This document shows positions 7,143 through 15,465 of a DNA stretch of 32,000 nt, piece after piece. Source of the DNA: Acaryochloris marina MBIC11017 (GTDB lineage: Bacteria; Cyanobacteriota; Cyanobacteriia; Thermosynechococcales; Thermosynechococcaceae); NCBI RefSeq assembly GCF_000018105.1, contig NC_009926.1, positions 330,001 through 362,000 of the forward strand. The letters are read 5' to 3'. The notes below the pieces were generated by a model. That model made no database searches. It saw only the letters and a program-made list of their open reading frames with translations, and was not told the DNA's origin. Each line of letters begins with the position of its first letter. Positions within the stretch are counted from its first letter, which is position 1. Position numbers and translations under genes: made by a program.

Positions 7143-7170
7143 ACTAATATATTAGCGCTAAATTATTAGT
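7143..7170. promoter_or_regulatory. 28-bp imperfect palindrome, candidate operator of the second XRE regulator
   Basis: actaata-ta-ttagcgctaa-at-tattagt, with 12 of 14 positions paired about one centre. It occupies the same relative position as the palindrome at 5045-5064. Confidence 0.45.
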
Positions 7171-7228
7171 ATGTCAAGCAATTACCGCTATTTAATTAGT
7201 GCTATCCTGGCAGTGTAAACTTGGCTTT

Positions 7229-7489
7229 ATGAAAACCATGAAGACTCTTCGTCAAGACGCTGGATTAAGTCAGAGTGAGCTGGCCCGTGCTCTCGATATT
7301 GCCGAATCTACAGTCAGGAATTGGGACCAAGGAAGGAGTATTCCAACTCTCTCTGCCTTGGAGTATCCCCATCTGCTCAAATTATTAAATTGCTCTCCTG
7401 AAGAACTTGCTAATGCTGCTGCTCAATCCAAAATTTTATTTGAGCAAAAACAAGCTGCTAAAGGTAAAAAAGGCTCTGGTAGCTCATGA
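7229..7489 (+). CDS. XRE-family helix-turn-helix transcriptional regulator (paralog of 5109-5342)
   Basis: LRQDAGLSQSELARALDIAESTVRNWDQGR. Start taken at the internal ATG 7229. Confidence 0.8.
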   Translation: MKTMKTLRQDAGLSQSELARALDIAESTVRNWDQGRSIPTLSALEYPHLLKLLNCSPEELANAAAQSKILFEQKQAAKGKKGSGSS

Positions 7490-7685
7490 CGCCTGAGAAA
7501 TAATCATATTTCGCTTCAACCACGCCCCAAACAATAGCCACACCCACCCCACCCCTCGGACTTGTCCTAGAAAACTCTGGGGTCCGCCTCCGACGCTTCA
7601 GCAGTGCCGCAGATCTTCCGGTGGAGGTTCGGGGGAAGATATCATCTTTACGAATTCATAAATGCTGGCATCGACAACTAAAGGC

Positions 7686-8147
7686 TTACGATTGCTGAAC
7701 AGTTTTTTCATACAAAAACAAATTTCGTCCCTCATGTTGGGTTTCTCCAAACAGTTGATAGCCACACTTTTCGTAAACATGTCTGGCTCGCTCATTTGAC
7801 TCGAAGACGTCTAACCACACCCGACTCCTCCCAAGTTCACTGCTACAGATGTTATCTACGCTTCTGACGACTATAGTCCCGAGGCCCTGCTCAGGCTTGG
7901 AGACTATAATTCTGCGAAATTCAACGCTCTGGCCGTCTGGATCCAAAACCAAGATAAAAAAGCCGATCAGCTCTTCATTCCACCAAATTGACTTGTAGAT
8001 GACATCTGGTTTCGCAAATTCTACCTGATGCTTTTGCAGAGAGTACGGTATGACAAACATCCGCATTTCACCTTGCTCCAGTTCACAGATACATTCAAGT
8101 TCCTCACGTTTTGTAATACGAAGGACAGGCATCTGATGAGACGACAT
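7686..8147 (-). CDS. GNAT-family N-acetyltransferase
   Basis: Acetyl-CoA binding style motif RRIIVSKPEQGLGTIVV, followed by NERARHVYEKCGY. Confidence 0.85.
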   Translation of the reverse strand: MSSHQMPVLRITKREELECICELEQGEMRMFVIPYSLQKHQVEFAKPDVIYKSIWWNEELIGFFILVLDPDGQSVEFRRIIVSKPEQGLGTIVVRSVDNICSSELGRSRVWLDVFESNERARHVYEKCGYQLFGETQHEGRNLFLYEKTVQQS

Positions 8148-8317
8148 AATAGTTTCCCGTGACCTATCGGCGCTAAATTACTTTATGACAGTCTCGGTTG
8201 CCTACTGAGTGAAGCCTTCAGATGTCTTCAACATATCCTCAAATTTGACTGGTAGTTTTATATAGAGTTACATCTTCTGGGGGAAAGTAACTCTGGTAAA
8301 ACACACCACATCTACTA

Positions 8318-8350
8318 CCCCTTGAGACGAATGCTCCTCCAAGGGGTTTT
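8318..8350 (+). terminator. terminator-like hairpin with no annotated + strand gene upstream
   Basis: ccccttg-N15-caagggg followed by ttttgtgg. Confidence 0.4.
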
Positions 8351-8493
8351 GTGGTTGATCAATTGGTTGGGGCACTAGGGTTTAATACCATCTGAATACC
8401 TCTGCTTATCAAGGTGAAGCAACACACCCGAAATGAACCACTCAAAGCAATTTCTAGCTTAAATTTGGACGAGCGAACTGGGGGATATCCAAG

Positions 8494-8739
8494 ATGACTA
8501 GCACTCGGAAACTGATCAAAGCAATCCCCCTGAAGGATAAGCCAGCGGGAATATCCCGGTGTGGGATGTCCAAGGCAACGTTTGCCCAACACTGTTTTAC
8601 TAGCCAGTGGTATGAGCTTTCAGAACAGGGGCAGATCATTGGGTCAGCCCTTGATCTAAATTTCTACAAGCAGGACGCTCTTCACAGACCAAATACAAGG
8701 TCTACAACCATGACCAAAGAACTCTCAAGGATTTTGTAA
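8494..8739 (+). CDS. hypothetical protein (81 aa), weakly supported
   Basis: ORF only. No SD sequence and no motif I can name. Confidence 0.3.
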   Translation: MTSTRKLIKAIPLKDKPAGISRCGMSKATFAQHCFTSQWYELSEQGQIIGSALDLNFYKQDALHRPNTRSTTMTKELSRIL

Positions 8740-8746
8740 CTCATTT

Positions 8747-9013
8747 CTAACCCGAGAAGTATTTGCTTTCTCTGATGGACTTTGAAATTTGCTCCTGCGG
8801 GATGATGGCCGTTGACGTGCCAGGGCAATACTTGGGGAAACCCTCTGGATGGCAAGCACCCCAAGCCTCAGCCATAGCTCTAACTGCAACTTCTTGAGGA
8901 AGCTTTTGAAGATCTTGATAATGGTGAAATTTTAGGCTGATCGCAAGTTGCTTTCTTCGGCGATATATCTCATCTAGCTCACCCGTATCACTTAAATTTG
9001 TTGGTTTCTCCAT
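8747..9013 (-). CDS. hypothetical protein (88 aa)
   Basis: GGAG 4 nt upstream of the internal ATG at 9013 (MEKPTNLS...). Confidence 0.5.
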   Translation of the reverse strand: MEKPTNLSDTGELDEIYRRRKQLAISLKFHHYQDLQKLPQEVAVRAMAEAWGACHPEGFPKYCPGTSTAIIPQEQISKSIRESKYFSG

Positions 9014-9152
9014 TTCGCTCCCCGCTTTCACAACGCCCCAATCCAAGTATGGACAAACGATCTAAACAATGACTCACCAATAGATTTCGTCCTACACTCA
9101 AAAGCAGTGATTTTGCTTATCAAACTAAGGGAATAAAAGACATTGAGGTTTA

Positions 9153-9542
9153 ATGATGCCGAAGAGAACTAAAAAAAATAAGCCTTTAACAGGTCAAGCT
9201 CTATTAGCCAAAGTGAGTACCCTAAGTGATTTGACTCGGGAAGAAAAAGCCAAAGCGTGTGGCTACTTCACATTCGCTAAAGATAGCACTGAACGCATCA
9301 ATGTAATGGCCTTCCTCAATGCAGTCTTGGACGCTGAAGGGATGGATCTTGGTGCTAAAGGTAAAAGTAACGGAAAACTAGGAGGCCGCAAACTCACCTT
9401 TCGAACCAGCGTACAATCCAATGGCAATCTATTGGTCGGGAGTGCCTACACCAAGAAAATGGAACTACAACCGGGAGATGAGTTTGAAATCGCGTTGGGC
9501 CGTAAGCATATTCATTTAAAACTCATGGCTGAAGAGGATTAA
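9153..9542 (+). CDS. cyanobacterial AbrB-like (cyAbrB, CalA/CalB-type) transcriptional regulator
   Basis: N-terminal KKNKPLTGQALL..EKAKACGYFT and a C-terminal SpoVT/AbrB-like swapped-hairpin motif LLVGSAYTKKMELQPGDEFEIALGRKHIHL. Confidence 0.8.
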   Translation: MMPKRTKKNKPLTGQALLAKVSTLSDLTREEKAKACGYFTFAKDSTERINVMAFLNAVLDAEGMDLGAKGKSNGKLGGRKLTFRTSVQSNGNLLVGSAYTKKMELQPGDEFEIALGRKHIHLKLMAEED

Positions 9543-9557
9543 TCGTTGATACAAAAG

Positions 9558-9600
9558 ACTCCCCTGTATTGTCTTGTACAAGGGAGTCGTAAAAGTTTTT
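9558..9600 (+). terminator. probable terminator of the cyAbrB gene
   Basis: 12-bp arms gactcccctgta/tacaagggagtc with one mismatch, followed by gtaaaagttttt. Confidence 0.5.
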
Positions 9601-9742
9601 GTAAGCTCACTACACGGCAAAAACAGAGGGGGTTATTTCCAACCTGTGATATTCAGACCCATTGATATTGCCCAGGTTCCCCCAATAAACCCAACAGCAA
9701 TTCTTGCTATACAATGCCCACAAGCACATTGAGGGGAAGACG

Positions 9743-10018
9743 ATGAACAAAGGTGAATTAGTCGATGTCATCGCTGAGAATACTGGAGCCACGAAGAAGC
9801 AGGCCGACACTATCCTCACAGCACTAACAGAAACCATCATGGAGACCGTTAGCTCTGGCGAGAAGGTCATTTTGGTCGGCTTTGGTAGCTTTGAAGCTAG
9901 GGACCGTAAAGCCAGAGACGGGCGCAATCCTAGGACAGGGAAAAAGCTCACAATCCCGGCAACTAAATCACCCATATTCAGTGCAGGCAAGACTTTCAAG
10001 GAGCAGGTGAAAGACTGA
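9743..10018 (+). CDS. hup: HU/IHF-family DNA-binding protein
   Basis: MNKGELVDVIAENTGATKKQADTIL...GFGSFEARDRKARDGRNPRTGKKLTIPATKSPIFSAGKTFKE is a textbook HU sequence. gagggga lies upstream of the ATG at 9743. Confidence 0.9.
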   Translation: MNKGELVDVIAENTGATKKQADTILTALTETIMETVSSGEKVILVGFGSFEARDRKARDGRNPRTGKKLTIPATKSPIFSAGKTFKEQVKD

Positions 10019-10063
10019 TAGACTAAGAATATCGCTAAAGATTTAACCTCATTCCAACGACCT

Positions 10064-10102
10064 AGCTGGCGGATGCTCTGGTGATTCTGCCAGCTTCTTT
10101 AT
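10064..10102 (+). terminator. probable terminator of the HU gene
   Basis: agctggc...gccagct stem followed by tctttatg. Confidence 0.45.
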
Positions 10103-10193
10103 GCACATCTTTACCTTAAGAAACATCAATTATCCTTCCCATGCCAGGCAATTCAGGGTAATTCTCTACCAGTAATGTTTGCAAGGTTAAGTG

Positions 10194-11000
10194 ATGGCTA
10201 CAAGCTATGACAGTCTTCATTTTTTCTTCAAAGAAATCGCTCGATATCCCCTGCTGTCCCATGAAGAAGAAATTCAACTAGCACGACAAGCACAAGCGGG
10301 AAGCCTTCGAGCTAAACAACGAATGATTGAGTGTAACCTGCGCTTCGTCGTCTCAATTGCTAAAAAGTATCAAAATCGTGGATTACCCTTGCTAGACCTA
10401 ATCCAAGAAGGCAGCATTGGATTGAGTACCGCTGTAGACAAATTTGACCTCGCTCAAGGGTGTCGCTTCAGCACCTATGCCTATTGGTGGATTCGACAAG
10501 GGATTACGGCGGCGGTGAGAGCAAAGTCCCGTCCTATCTATCTCCCCCATTATCATTGGGATACCGTCGGCAAGATCAAAAAACATTTTCGAGTGCTCAC
10601 TCAACAACTCGGTAGAGAACCATCACTGTCTGAGTTATCAGAAGCCACCAATATTAAACCGAAAACCATTAGCCGTACTCTGCAATTATTCCAACAGATA
10701 TCATCCCTTGATCAACTCGTCGGCCCTCAGCAAAAAGATACTCTCCTCGATATGCTAGCTGGAGAGGACCAACCCACTCATTATTTAGAATCGCTCCAAC
10801 TTGATGATGAGCTTTCTCAGGTAATGGCATCTTTGGATGAACGAGAGCGGTTTGTCCTTAGTCAGAGGTATGGGCTTGAGGATGATCATCCCAAGTCGAT
10901 GAAAGAAATCGGCCAACAGATTGGTTTAAGCCATGAAGGGATTCGACTGATTCTCAAGAAAATCATGCAGAAGCTGGAAAGATATGCTCAGTCTGCTTAG
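10194..11000 (+). CDS. sigma-70 family RNA polymerase sigma factor (regions 2, 3 and 4; no region 1.1)
   Basis: NLRFVVSIAKKY, LLDLIQEGSIGLSTAVDKFD, FSTYAYWWIRQGI (region 2) and SMKEIGQQIGLSHEGIRLILKKIMQKL (region 4.2 HTH). Confidence 0.9.
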   Translation: MATSYDSLHFFFKEIARYPLLSHEEEIQLARQAQAGSLRAKQRMIECNLRFVVSIAKKYQNRGLPLLDLIQEGSIGLSTAVDKFDLAQGCRFSTYAYWWIRQGITAAVRAKSRPIYLPHYHWDTVGKIKKHFRVLTQQLGREPSLSELSEATNIKPKTISRTLQLFQQISSLDQLVGPQQKDTLLDMLAGEDQPTHYLESLQLDDELSQVMASLDERERFVLSQRYGLEDDHPKSMKEIGQQIGLSHEGIRLILKKIMQKLERYAQSA

Positions 11001-11022
11001 GGTCTCAGTTTTTTGATGTTGA

Positions 11023-11628
11023 TCAAAGCAAATGTATTCCGTTAATGGAATAACATGCTTTCCGAAATGAGAGAGCTGCATTGGGGTCAGCAATGTGAGC
11101 AGCTAGAGCCTCAATCAGTTCTTGATGACTCATTTCAGGTGATTGATTCAATGTCTGCTTAGTCATAAGATCAGCCATTGGACCAATATGAATAGCCAGT
11201 TCTTTTTTGCACTGACTGATAAACTCATCATCATCATTATCGATTCCCAACGCTTGTTGAGTGGCTATTTCAGGTGGTGGAGTCTGCACATTCTTCTGAG
11301 ATGACTTTTGAGTAGCAGAAGCCACCTTAAGAGGCCCAAGCGAAGTTGATGATATTTCTTCTGGTTGCGAAGAATGTAAAGATTGAGCCCGAACTGATGC
11401 TGCAGTCTGATTACATCGCCAAGTCATCAAGTAAGAAGGGAACTCAACTAATATATACTTCACTCCCTTAGAACAAGCATCTTCACAAAACTCTATGGCT
11501 GTTTGACGCCACGATTTATGAAAAGAAGGACCAGGCACAAAACTTTCCCCCTGGATCTCCAGGGAAGACGACCGATCATGCAAGCATCCTTGTGCTTCTA
11601 ATTCTTCTGATATAAAAATGGACGCCAC
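11023..11628 (-). CDS. hypothetical protein (201 aa, GTG start)
   Basis: Long ORF convergent with the sigma gene. The C-terminal helical segment FISQCKKELAIHIGPMADLM..QELIEALAAHIADP resembles a segment I have seen at the ends of cyanobacterial signalling proteins, but I cannot name it. Confidence 0.55.
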   Translation of the reverse strand: MASIFISEELEAQGCLHDRSSSLEIQGESFVPGPSFHKSWRQTAIEFCEDACSKGVKYILVEFPSYLMTWRCNQTAASVRAQSLHSSQPEEISSTSLGPLKVASATQKSSQKNVQTPPPEIATQQALGIDNDDDEFISQCKKELAIHIGPMADLMTKQTLNQSPEMSHQELIEALAAHIADPNAALSFRKACYSINGIHLL

Positions 11629-11677
11629 GTTTTCCCTAAATCATTTGTATCTCTCTACGGAAAGCTAGGTCTTGAGT

Positions 11678-12022
11678 TCATCTGAACTGACTGTAAATGA
11701 ACTCGCCTTGATGATCTACTACTCTCAGGTTGCCCCAAAGTCTAATTTCAGACATCAAAGTAGATATAAAGACAATTTTTGCGCTATTGCTACATCTCAA
11801 CTGGCAGACATTTACTATATGCTGCCAGTTTTTTCTATTTTCTCTTACTGGTAGCCATATCAGCTTTTTACTCGTCCGCCACTCGAAGGTTTGACCTAAC
11901 TCATCAAGGTCGAGCAAGCCGTGTTGCCAAAGAATGATGTGGATCCGACCTTGTGAGGGATCTGGATAACGCAAGGCCAAATCTATTGCGGCACCAGAAA
12001 TGGCTAATTCATCTTGTATCAC
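11678..12022 (-). CDS. hypothetical protein, start uncertain
   Basis: The C-terminal roughly 114 codons look protein-like. The Ser-rich N-terminal extension to 12253 is antisense to an acidic mini-ORF and lies in AT-rich DNA. GTG at 12022 is proposed as the start. Confidence 0.4.
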   Translation of the reverse strand: MIQDELAISGAAIDLALRYPDPSQGRIHIILWQHGLLDLDELGQTFEWRTSKKLIWLPVRENRKNWQHIVNVCQLRCSNSAKIVFISTLMSEIRLWGNLRVVDHQGEFIYSQFR

Positions 12023-12113
12023 TGGATTTCCGTAAACTTTCGGATACAGAAAACATAAGAGCTTATTTACTATGGGGAAATAAATAGATAAATATATATG
12101 GTAATTAATAACT

Positions 12114-12230
12114 ATGTCACAGTTAGAGACAGACAATCTTCCTATAAATGAAACTGATATCTTGCCGGAAATTGACGAGCTAGATGATGTAGACCTTGAT
12201 GATCTACTGAAAGATTTACAACAAGATTGA
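12114..12230 (+). CDS. candidate 38-aa highly acidic mini-ORF
   Basis: MSQLETDNLPINETDILPEIDELDDVDLDDLLKDLQQD, ending 35 nt before the paralog A gene. No clear SD sequence. Confidence 0.25.
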   Translation: MSQLETDNLPINETDILPEIDELDDVDLDDLLKDLQQD

Positions 12231-12265
12231 GGCTTGGAAATATTAATCGACAAGATTAACCATAC

Positions 12266-12757
12266 ATGGATCCAAATAACCTAGCCGTCTGGAAAAACTT
12301 GGAGACTCGTCTGGGGACTCCTTTCAGAAAAAATATGGTGGATCTTGTGTTGGAAATGGCCCGAGATCGCACCACCGATCCACATAAGATAGCGACTTGG
12401 ATGGTGACGACCTCTACCTATATCTGCTCTGCTATTTTCGGGACTAACGATCCCATGCCTTTGCTCTTTCTATACGTCCGGGCACTAGATATCCAATACC
12501 CAGACACCATGCAGGAGATTTATGAAATATTTTCCGATGAAGGTCTAGTGAAATATGCTCCCTCATCTCTTAAGCGTGGCGACTTCACGAGTATCCTCTG
12601 GGCTGCTGGTTCAACCTTTGCCAACGGCGAATTGAAACTGATAGATGACGAGATTCATATCAACCCAAAAGGTTTACAGCGATTGAGATCGATTTGGCAA
12701 GCACCCACTAGAAAGTTCAATAACCCTTCAGGCAACGCTGAGTATCCAAGCCAATAG
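12266..12757 (+). CDS. hypothetical protein, paralog A (163 aa)
   Basis: Colinear and by eye roughly 55 percent identical to 14011-14493. Shared blocks include MDPN.L..WKNLETRL, DP.KIATWM.TTS, DPMPLL.LY and AAGSTFANGEL. Confidence 0.7.
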   Translation: MDPNNLAVWKNLETRLGTPFRKNMVDLVLEMARDRTTDPHKIATWMVTTSTYICSAIFGTNDPMPLLFLYVRALDIQYPDTMQEIYEIFSDEGLVKYAPSSLKRGDFTSILWAAGSTFANGELKLIDDEIHINPKGLQRLRSIWQAPTRKFNNPSGNAEYPSQ

Positions 12758-12952
12758 TAAGGGCGGTGACTAGAGGCGAACAGCATAGACCTCTAAGATC
12801 AAATTAACCACCTCTCCGCAAGCGGAAGAGGTATCGAAGATCTTTCACTTCCAAACCGTCGATTTGGACTGTAAGCCAAGTAATTCGCTGCAAGCAGCGG
12901 GGATGTATCCTTTCTAGATTCAACCCTACCCAGTCTCAACTAAACGCGAAGT

Positions 12953-13300
12953 TCAATCATGCCAACAGCCGCTACCTAGCTTGTAAAGAGTATGGGCAAA
13001 TATACGTTCATCTCGTTCCTCAAGAATGTTCTCGACCTTAGCTCGATATCGTTGCCACAAACCATCCAGGTCTCTGGCTGGTCTATCGATCAATACCGTT
13101 GGTGTTGTCTGACTTTCTTTGATGTGTGTTGCTACAAATTCTCCTCGCTGTTCACACGTAGGATATTTAACCAGCAACTGTTCGACCGTGGGCAATCTAA
13201 CATGCACAACATCGATGTAAAGAAATCCTGCAATCACTATTACAAGCGGAGCAATAACAATCAAGAAAGCCCCAATTGCATAATCGCTGAGTTTCTTCAT
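12953..13300 (-). CDS. membrane-anchored hypothetical protein (115 aa)
   Basis: GGAGG 8 nt upstream of the second ATG (13300). N-terminal TM helix AIGAFLIVIAPLVIVIAGFLYI. Confidence 0.65.
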   Translation of the reverse strand: MKKLSDYAIGAFLIVIAPLVIVIAGFLYIDVVHVRLPTVEQLLVKYPTCEQRGEFVATHIKESQTTPTVLIDRPARDLDGLWQRYRAKVENILEERDERIFAHTLYKLGSGCWHD

Positions 13301-13312
13301 ATTCATGCCTCC

Positions 13313-13501
13313 TCAATTACTGGATATCGGCAACCTGATGCTTGACATAGCTTGATTTTGAGTCTCTCTTAGTTTCTGAACATCAACCCATTCAGCTTCA
13401 TCAAGATTGCTGATGACATCACTGACCCTTGCCGAGAGAACTTCTTGACCTACTCTCACTGTATCCAAGACGGCACCCCTTGGCTTATCCTCTATCCTCA
13501 A
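13313..13501 (-). CDS. hypothetical small protein, start uncertain (TTG at 13501 or GTG at 13456)
   Basis: ORF ending 6 nt before the ATG at 13306 (12 nt before the proposed start at 13300). No ATG start is available. Confidence 0.35.
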   Translation of the reverse strand: MRIEDKPRGAVLDTVRVGQEVLSARVSDVISNLDEAEWVDVQKLRETQNQAMSSIRLPISSN

Positions 13502-13533
13502 GGTAAATTATCCCTGGACTCAAACAGGGGGGT

Positions 13534-13938
13534 ATGACAATGGGCGCATCAGGAGTTGGCAGTTTCGATAACGATAATGCAATGGACTGGGTGGCAGAGC
13601 TAGAAGGCTACGCTGATGATAGTCCGATTGTTGATGCACTGAATACCGTCATCGATCAAGCTGACGACTCTCCAGGAACACTGGATTGCTCCATCGCCAT
13701 TGCAGCGGCAGAGGTGGTTGCTGCACAGTTAGGTCATCCTCATGAAGACTGCCCAGAAGAAATTGAGGTATGGGTGGAAGGTCATCCAGCCCCCTCAGCA
13801 ACGAGGGTTGCCCAGGCTCGACAGGCAATTGAGGTAATTCTGGCTGAGTCAGAACTCAAGGGGCTTTGGGAGAACTCAGGTGGCTTGGAGGAATGGCAGG
13901 GAGCGATGGAGGATCTGCTGTCTAGACTGCCATATTGA
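13534..13938 (+). CDS. DUF4259-domain protein
   Basis: N-terminal GVGSFDNDNAMDWVAEL matches the DUF4259 signature as I recall it. Confidence 0.7.
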   Translation: MTMGASGVGSFDNDNAMDWVAELEGYADDSPIVDALNTVIDQADDSPGTLDCSIAIAAAEVVAAQLGHPHEDCPEEIEVWVEGHPAPSATRVAQARQAIEVILAESELKGLWENSGGLEEWQGAMEDLLSRLPY

Positions 13939-14010
13939 GTGATGGTTTAAGAAAACTATTCGGCTAATTTGGGTATCCAAGGATAAAGCAAGTGAAAGCC
14001 TTAAGCTCAA

Positions 14011-14493
14011 ATGGATCCGAATACTTTAATCGCCTGGAAAAACTTAGAGACTCGTCTGGATGTTCCCTTTAGGAATAATATGATGGCTCTCCTTTTAGAG
14101 ATGGCACGAGAACGGACAGCCGATCCCCAAAAGATTGCCACCTGGATGTTGACCACATCTGCTTGTATCTGCAATGCCGTGTTTGGCATCGATGATCCGA
14201 TGCCTCTGCTCTCTCTCTACATTCGAGTGTTATGTGATCACTATCCTCGCACCATAGAACAAATTGCGCAGATATATTCTTACGGTAGCTTGAAGCGATA
14301 TGTCCCTGTTATTGCAGATCGCGATGATTTCATTGGTATCCTCAGTGCGGCTGGTTCAACCTTTGCGAATGGTGAACTGATACTGATGGATGGTGAAATC
14401 GATGTCAGCCAAAAAGGATTGGAGCGATTTCAATTGATCTGGAAAGCACCCGCCGTGAAGCTTGCGAATCCTGGACCTTCAGTTTTATGGTGA
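14011..14493 (+). CDS. hypothetical protein, paralog B (160 aa)
   Basis: Paralog of 12266-12757. Confidence 0.7.
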   Translation: MDPNTLIAWKNLETRLDVPFRNNMMALLLEMARERTADPQKIATWMLTTSACICNAVFGIDDPMPLLSLYIRVLCDHYPRTIEQIAQIYSYGSLKRYVPVIADRDDFIGILSAAGSTFANGELILMDGEIDVSQKGLERFQLIWKAPAVKLANPGPSVLW

Positions 14494-14690
14494 TGTCTTA
14501 GTGATGAAAATAACAGCTCCTCAAAATAGTCATTCTGGGGAGCTGTTCAAGTGAGGAGGTTCTCAAGTAACGCTCAGAGAAGTTCGTTGTTGCTGTTAGA
14601 GTGCCCGTACCCGCTGTGTATTTCTAGCTCAATTACAATCCTTAAAGAAACCCTGAACTGTAATATCTGCAACGATTCAGGCCATTTATA

Positions 14691-14822
14691 TGAACAAAGG
14701 CGAATGAGTCGATGTCATCGCTGGGAATATTGGAGTCACCAAGAAGCAGACCGATACCATCCTCTCAGCAATTACAGAAACCATTATTGAGACAATCAGA
14801 TCCAGTGAGAAGGTCACTCTTG
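14691..14822 (+). pseudogene. 5' fragment of an HU gene with an in-frame TGA at codon 6, truncated after about 44 codons
   Basis: About 80 percent nucleotide identity to 9743-9875. It reads MNKGE*VDVIAGNIGVTKKQTDTILSAITETIIETIRSSEKVTL, then similarity ends. Confidence 0.8.
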
Positions 14823-14853
14823 CAACTTCTTCGACACTCTCATATTCAGCGCA

Positions 14854-15291
14854 CTAAACAACTCGGACTGCAGCACCTGACAACAGCCCTAACCAAGATA
14901 CAAACGCTTGTCCAACCCGGCTGGCCGCTAGTTCACAGCCAGATATCAATATTTCAGCGCTATCTGATAAATACTCTCGCCATTGGCGAATCTCATCAGC
15001 ATACTCCCAAAGATTTTTATCACTTAAATGGGTTGTGCCCAATTCAAGCTGACCAGGTTCACCCTTGCAAATCAGATGGAGACAAGACAGTCCCTGATAT
15101 TGACTTAAGAGTGTTTTAATTTGGATAATCCCATCCGTTTCAATATCGAGAATATGAACCTCCTTGCCTAATAGAGAACTAGCCCACAAAGATTGGTAAT
15201 TGTCGATGGTGGCATCAACCACAACAAGATAGGGGATACTTTGGGAAGTGTTAGCCTGAGGGACCTGCTCGGTGCTTAAACTGAAGGTCAT
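14854..15291 (-). pseudogene. DUF4347 N-terminal domain only (145 aa), probably the stump of a very large surface protein gene
   Basis: LVVVDATIDNYQSL..EVHILD..DGIIQI..LSCLHLICKGEPGQLELG..ILISGCELAA..GQAFVSWLGLLSGA fits DUF4347. That domain normally heads multi-kb genes, but here a stop follows immediately. Confidence 0.6.
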
Positions 15292-15435
15292 GGGGAAATA
15301 CCTGCTCTACTATTAGCGTCGTCTTCTCAGTTACAGGAGTCACACAAATTCAAGATTAATCACACTCTAATTCAACATACTGAGCGTAGACTGGGAAATT
15401 GCCTAACTTTTGCCTTAGTCTTAATTTAAATACTG

Positions 15436-15465
15436 CAACAAAAACCCCCTGAAGCTATCAGGGGG
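15436..15465 (-). terminator. orphan intrinsic terminator on the minus strand
   Basis: ccccctga-agcta-tcaggggg. On the minus strand it is followed by tttttgttg. No ORF of 60 aa or more lies upstream of it. Confidence 0.55.

Noticed and set aside
7598-7795. 65-aa minus-strand ORF overlapping the GNAT 3' end
   Set aside because: It overlaps a complete, normal-length GNAT gene out of frame, and it has no motif or SD sequence.
12023-12253. Ser-rich N-terminal part of ORF 11678..12253
   Set aside because: It lies in AT-rich promoter-like DNA and is the antisense reading of an Asp/Glu-rich frame. It looks like a compositional artefact.
14551-15119. + strand ORFs 14551-14790 and 14712-15119
   Set aside because: They are explained by the out-of-frame reading of the HU pseudogene and the antisense of the DUF4347 ORF.
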